Below the pieces are notes generated by a model. The model was given only the letters and a program-made list of their open reading frames with translations, ran no database searches and was not told the DNA's origin. The position numbers were made by a program, and so were the translations under genes. Source: a virus. From it: 29,047 bases of DNA. Where the stretch lies: positions 1 through 29,047 of IMG/VR virus record IMGVR_UViG_3300036846_001176. One strand, given 5' to 3'. Of the stretch, positions 26,478-29,047 are shown piece after piece (positions within the stretch are counted from its first letter, which is position 1; the number at the start of each line of letters is the position of its first letter).

Positions 26478-26518
26478 ACAAACGCCCCAACCCCTTCTTA
26501 TTCAGGGTTGGGGCGTTC
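26478..26518. terminator. hairpin, possible bidirectional terminator
   Basis: AACGCCCCAACCC...GGGTTGGGGCGTT. Confidence 0.65.
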
Positions 26519-26523
26519 GTGTG

Positions 26524-26841
26524 TTACGCAGCTGCTGCGGCAGGGTGCTCGGAGTTGGCCTGTGAGGCACGCTGTGCGTCCCGGGCCTTCTTGAACTCCT
26601 CGAACTCACGCTTTTCGGCGTCCTGATCGGCAGCAGCTTCCCGCCAAGTGCGGCGGACGTAGTCGGTGGTCGACGAAGTCGCATTCGAGACGAGACCGAC
26701 GAGCTTGACCGCACCGTAAACGGTGCCGCCAATCACGACGGCGCCGGCCACCCAAGTGGTGGCGCGGCCAACGTCCTTAAGACCTTGCTCGAACCCCCAG
26801 CTAGCAGCGCTGCTGACGGTCGAAGTGACGTAATCGAACAT
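26524..26841 (-). CDS. putative membrane protein
   Basis: One hydrophobic segment; GAAAGGA RBS. Confidence 0.7.
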   Translation of the reverse strand: MFDYVTSTVSSAASWGFEQGLKDVGRATTWVAGAVVIGGTVYGAVKLVGLVSNATSSTTDYVRRTWREAAADQDAEKREFEEFKKARDAQRASQANSEHPAAAAA

Positions 26842-27039
26842 TTGGTAGTCCTTTCTGATTTCGCCGGATTGATGGAGCCCGGCATGTCTCCCTCACCGAT
26901 CTGGCATTTTGCCTCGGTGAGATATCAGATATATAGGGATTTGTAACGAAATTACAATGGTTTATGCAACGAAACGTTGCATTTTCAATGATTTATGCCT
27001 CGCCGGCCCTGCTTATGCTGCAGAGCCGGTTACGGGCGT

Positions 27040-27447
27040 TCAGTGCCCGTTCGACGCGTGATAAAGGTTGCGCAGTGCGCAGCGCAGCCGAAAACGCTGT
27101 TCTGCAGGCACAGCCTCGTTGAGGGTGAGGTTGATGGCGCTGCGGAATGCGTCTCTCCTGGTTCGCAGGAATTCGATGATGTCCACGGGGAAATCATCCT
27201 CGGCCAGCAGGGCGCACAGCACAGTGTCATTGCGTGCGTTGCGCGCTTTCCGCGTCGAGCGGATGTTGTTGATAACCGCGCGACCTTCCTCCTGCGCCAG
27301 CTGGTAGCCGGCGGTGATCACGATGGCTGCTCCGACAATTCCGGCGGCTTTCGCCATATTGCCGAGCGTCGGTGCCATCGCTGACCTTGAGGAGCTGTAA
27401 AGCCCGCTCGAAGGGTGTCGCAACGTATCCTGCATGGTAAAGCTCAT
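27040..27447 (-). CDS. hypothetical protein
   Basis: Leader motif upstream. Confidence 0.65.
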   Translation of the reverse strand: MSFTMQDTLRHPSSGLYSSSRSAMAPTLGNMAKAAGIVGAAIVITAGYQLAQEEGRAVINNIRSTRKARNARNDTVLCALLAEDDFPVDIIEFLRTRRDAFRSAINLTLNEAVPAEQRFRLRCALRNLYHASNGH

Positions 27448-27562
27448 TGAGCTTTCCTTCCTTTCACCGGAGACAGCCGGTTCTCTGCCGTGCCGCGGGG
27501 ATCGCGACACGAAAGGATGTGGGGTTGGTTGAATGGGCCTCGGCCTGGACCGAGGCCACCAT

Positions 27563-27769
27563 TCAATATCGATAGCACCACCCATCATGGCCGGATTGAA
27601 AGCCATGAGGGCATGATGTGTAGTTTTGTGGCCTGCTCTGATCTTGCTGGCGGGCGGCGTTGTGCATTTCCATCTGGGTGATCATCAGCGCGAAAAACGC
27701 GATGACCGCTATCGATGGAAGGCCGACGACCACCATCAGAACGATCTGCAGTGGTGAAAACTTGCGCAT
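27563..27769 (-). CDS. small membrane-anchored protein
   Basis: N-terminal hydrophobic helix; leader variant upstream. Confidence 0.65.
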   Translation of the reverse strand: MRKFSPLQIVLMVVVGLPSIAVIAFFALMITQMEMHNAARQQDQSRPQNYTSCPHGFQSGHDGWCYRY

Positions 27770-27891
27770 GTGAGTGCCTTTCACGCCCATGATGGGCGCT
27801 TTCTACCCGGTCAGCGGGATGCTGCCGGAAAGGCATTGGGGTGCGAGACGGTCCAGACGTACTGGACCGCTCGATGGGATGCCGGACGCCC

Positions 27892-28137
27892 CTACTCCCT
27901 TCGCGAGCGCCGGTCGTGATTGTCCGTGATGAAGTACTGGCCGATCCGTCGGCCAGCGATGTTCAAAGGGCCGCCTCCGGTCGGTATTCCGCCGGCGGCC
28001 AAGGCCCCGCTCACTCTGTCAGCGAACTCGCCGTCAAACACCAGCCTCACGGAGGCGGTGGAGTTTCTCGGGCGTACGACGACTTCCACGTGACGATGGT
28101 CGTTCGCCGGTGGGGCGTATTGTGGGGATCTGGGCAT
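27892..28137 (-). CDS. hypothetical protein
   Basis: AGGAGG RBS; promoter motif at 28253. Confidence 0.6.
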   Translation of the reverse strand: MPRSPQYAPPANDHRHVEVVVRPRNSTASVRLVFDGEFADRVSGALAAGGIPTGGGPLNIAGRRIGQYFITDNHDRRSRRE

Positions 28138-28313
28138 GGTGCCCTCCTGTGTATGATTTCGCGGTTTCCGAGAGAAACCTGCTGAACTCGCCCCTGGTTG
28201 GTTAACGACTGCGTCTCAGTCGAAGGGCTATCGGCACAGGATATGCTTCTCATATATGGGGATTTTGTTGCATAAATACAAGCAAAGGGCGCCCCCGTGA
28301 GGGCGCCCTCGTC

Positions 28314-28559
28314 CTACTCGACCGTTGGCTCACCAACCGCCCTGGCAATCGCGTTGTGCAGCTCCTTCGGGTCGCCGATATCGACAACGACGACCCCCTC
28401 TGGGGGTGCAGCGTCGGCACCGGTGATGGTGTATCCGTTGGTGTGGAGCAGGCTGGTGATCGCCTCGAGCTTGTTGATCAGCTGGATCTTGCCGTTCAGC
28501 AGATCCTGGATGGTGGTCACGATGAGATGGTCGTCCATTGGGACGATCGGGTTCTTCAT
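28314..28559 (-). CDS. hypothetical protein
   Basis: AAGGAG RBS; ATGA coupling. Confidence 0.7.
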   Translation of the reverse strand: MKNPIVPMDDHLIVTTIQDLLNGKIQLINKLEAITSLLHTNGYTITGADAAPPEGVVVVDIGDPKELHNAIARAVGEPTVE

Positions 28560-28834
28560 GTGGGTTTCTCCTTGGACTTGCCGCGCTTGGGCCGGCGGTC
28601 GGCCGGATCGTCGTTGCGCCAGTGGGTCTTCCAGTTGCCGATCGTCTGGTGCTTGAACGTGATCGGACCGGACAGTTCGGCCGCACTGATCTTGCCGATG
28701 ATGCGCGCCAGGACTTGGACCATCATGGGTCCGAAGTTCTTGCCCTGGAATACCTCGTTCTCGCAGTCGACGTAGACGGTGAAGCGCTTGCGCTCCTCCC
28801 CCTCGGGCGGCGTGTCCTTGTGTTTTTTGGGCAT
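28556..28834 (-). CDS. hypothetical protein (MPKKHK...)
   Basis: TAAGGA RBS. Confidence 0.7.
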   Translation of the reverse strand: MPKKHKDTPPEGEERKRFTVYVDCENEVFQGKNFGPMMVQVLARIIGKISAAELSGPITFKHQTIGNWKTHWRNDDPADRRPKRGKSKEKPT

Positions 28835-28934
28835 GAGGATTTCCTTATGAAAAGCGCCCGGCCGCGAACGGTCCAGGCGCTGGGTGCCGAGTATTCGGCA
28901 CAGCATAATATGGTGATTAAACCGGTGGATCGCA

Positions 28935-29047
28935 ATGTCGCTTGAGTTCCATAGCCTGCCGCTCGACGTGCGCCAGCAGGCCCGCGTGGTGTACGAAACC
29001 GAGCGCATCGGCTTTCAAACGCTCGCCAAGCGGTTCGGCACCAACCA
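28935..29047 (+). CDS. 5' fragment of an HTH-containing protein, possibly terminase small subunit
   Basis: MSLEFHSLPLDVRQQARVVYETERIGFQTLAKRFGTN runs off the window. Confidence 0.4.
   Translation, partial: MSLEFHSLPLDVRQQARVVYETERIGFQTLAKRFGTN

Noticed and set aside
26543-26568. Master-array unit 4 matching here or at 1389-1414
   Set aside because: Each match is only 11/18 nt; two equal hits indicate background level.
2127-27834. Leader repeats as integron attC sites or terminators
   Set aside because: They lack RYYYAAC/GTTRRRY ends, there is no integrase and no U-tract, and their position is fixed relative to start codons.
1-29047. Cas7/RAMP-like effector for the guide RNAs
   Set aside because: No ORF shows a recognisable RAMP fold or Gly-rich loop. 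If it exists it is probably outside the window; structure searches of the hypothetical proteins are needed.

Overview
GC-rich phage or prophage early/replication region. The host is probably proteobacterial; the SSB sequence and the promoter style look alphaproteobacterial. Two leftward blocks of small accessory genes (1-11180 and 21368-28834) include DUF3085, SSB, an ERF-type annealing protein, an N6-methyltransferase-like protein, an HTH protein, a HAD-like protein and a lipoprotein. They flank a mostly rightward block with Prim-Pol, an AAA helicase, an iteron-like repeat cluster, an RHH protein and a GH5 hydrolase, then leftward VRR-NUC and HTH genes. The main interest is non-coding. (1) Six stand-alone small-RNA genes (promoter + GGC-NN pentamer array + hairpin) are present. 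Reading only the NN dinucleotides and skipping every third target base gives near-matches, in codon register, to neighbouring genes of this genome. In two cases the genome's copy differs by Leu/Ser/Arg synonymous swaps, the only silent changes such a code can detect. This suggests an RNA-guided, allele-discriminating phage-competition system with self-escape; no effector gene is recognisable in the window. (2) An approximately 55-nt three-way-junction leader that hides the ribosome-binding site occurs in 18 copies in front of leftward start codons. (3) There is an approximately 750-nt hairpin-rich candidate ncRNA. All matches were found by eye, not by exhaustive search.
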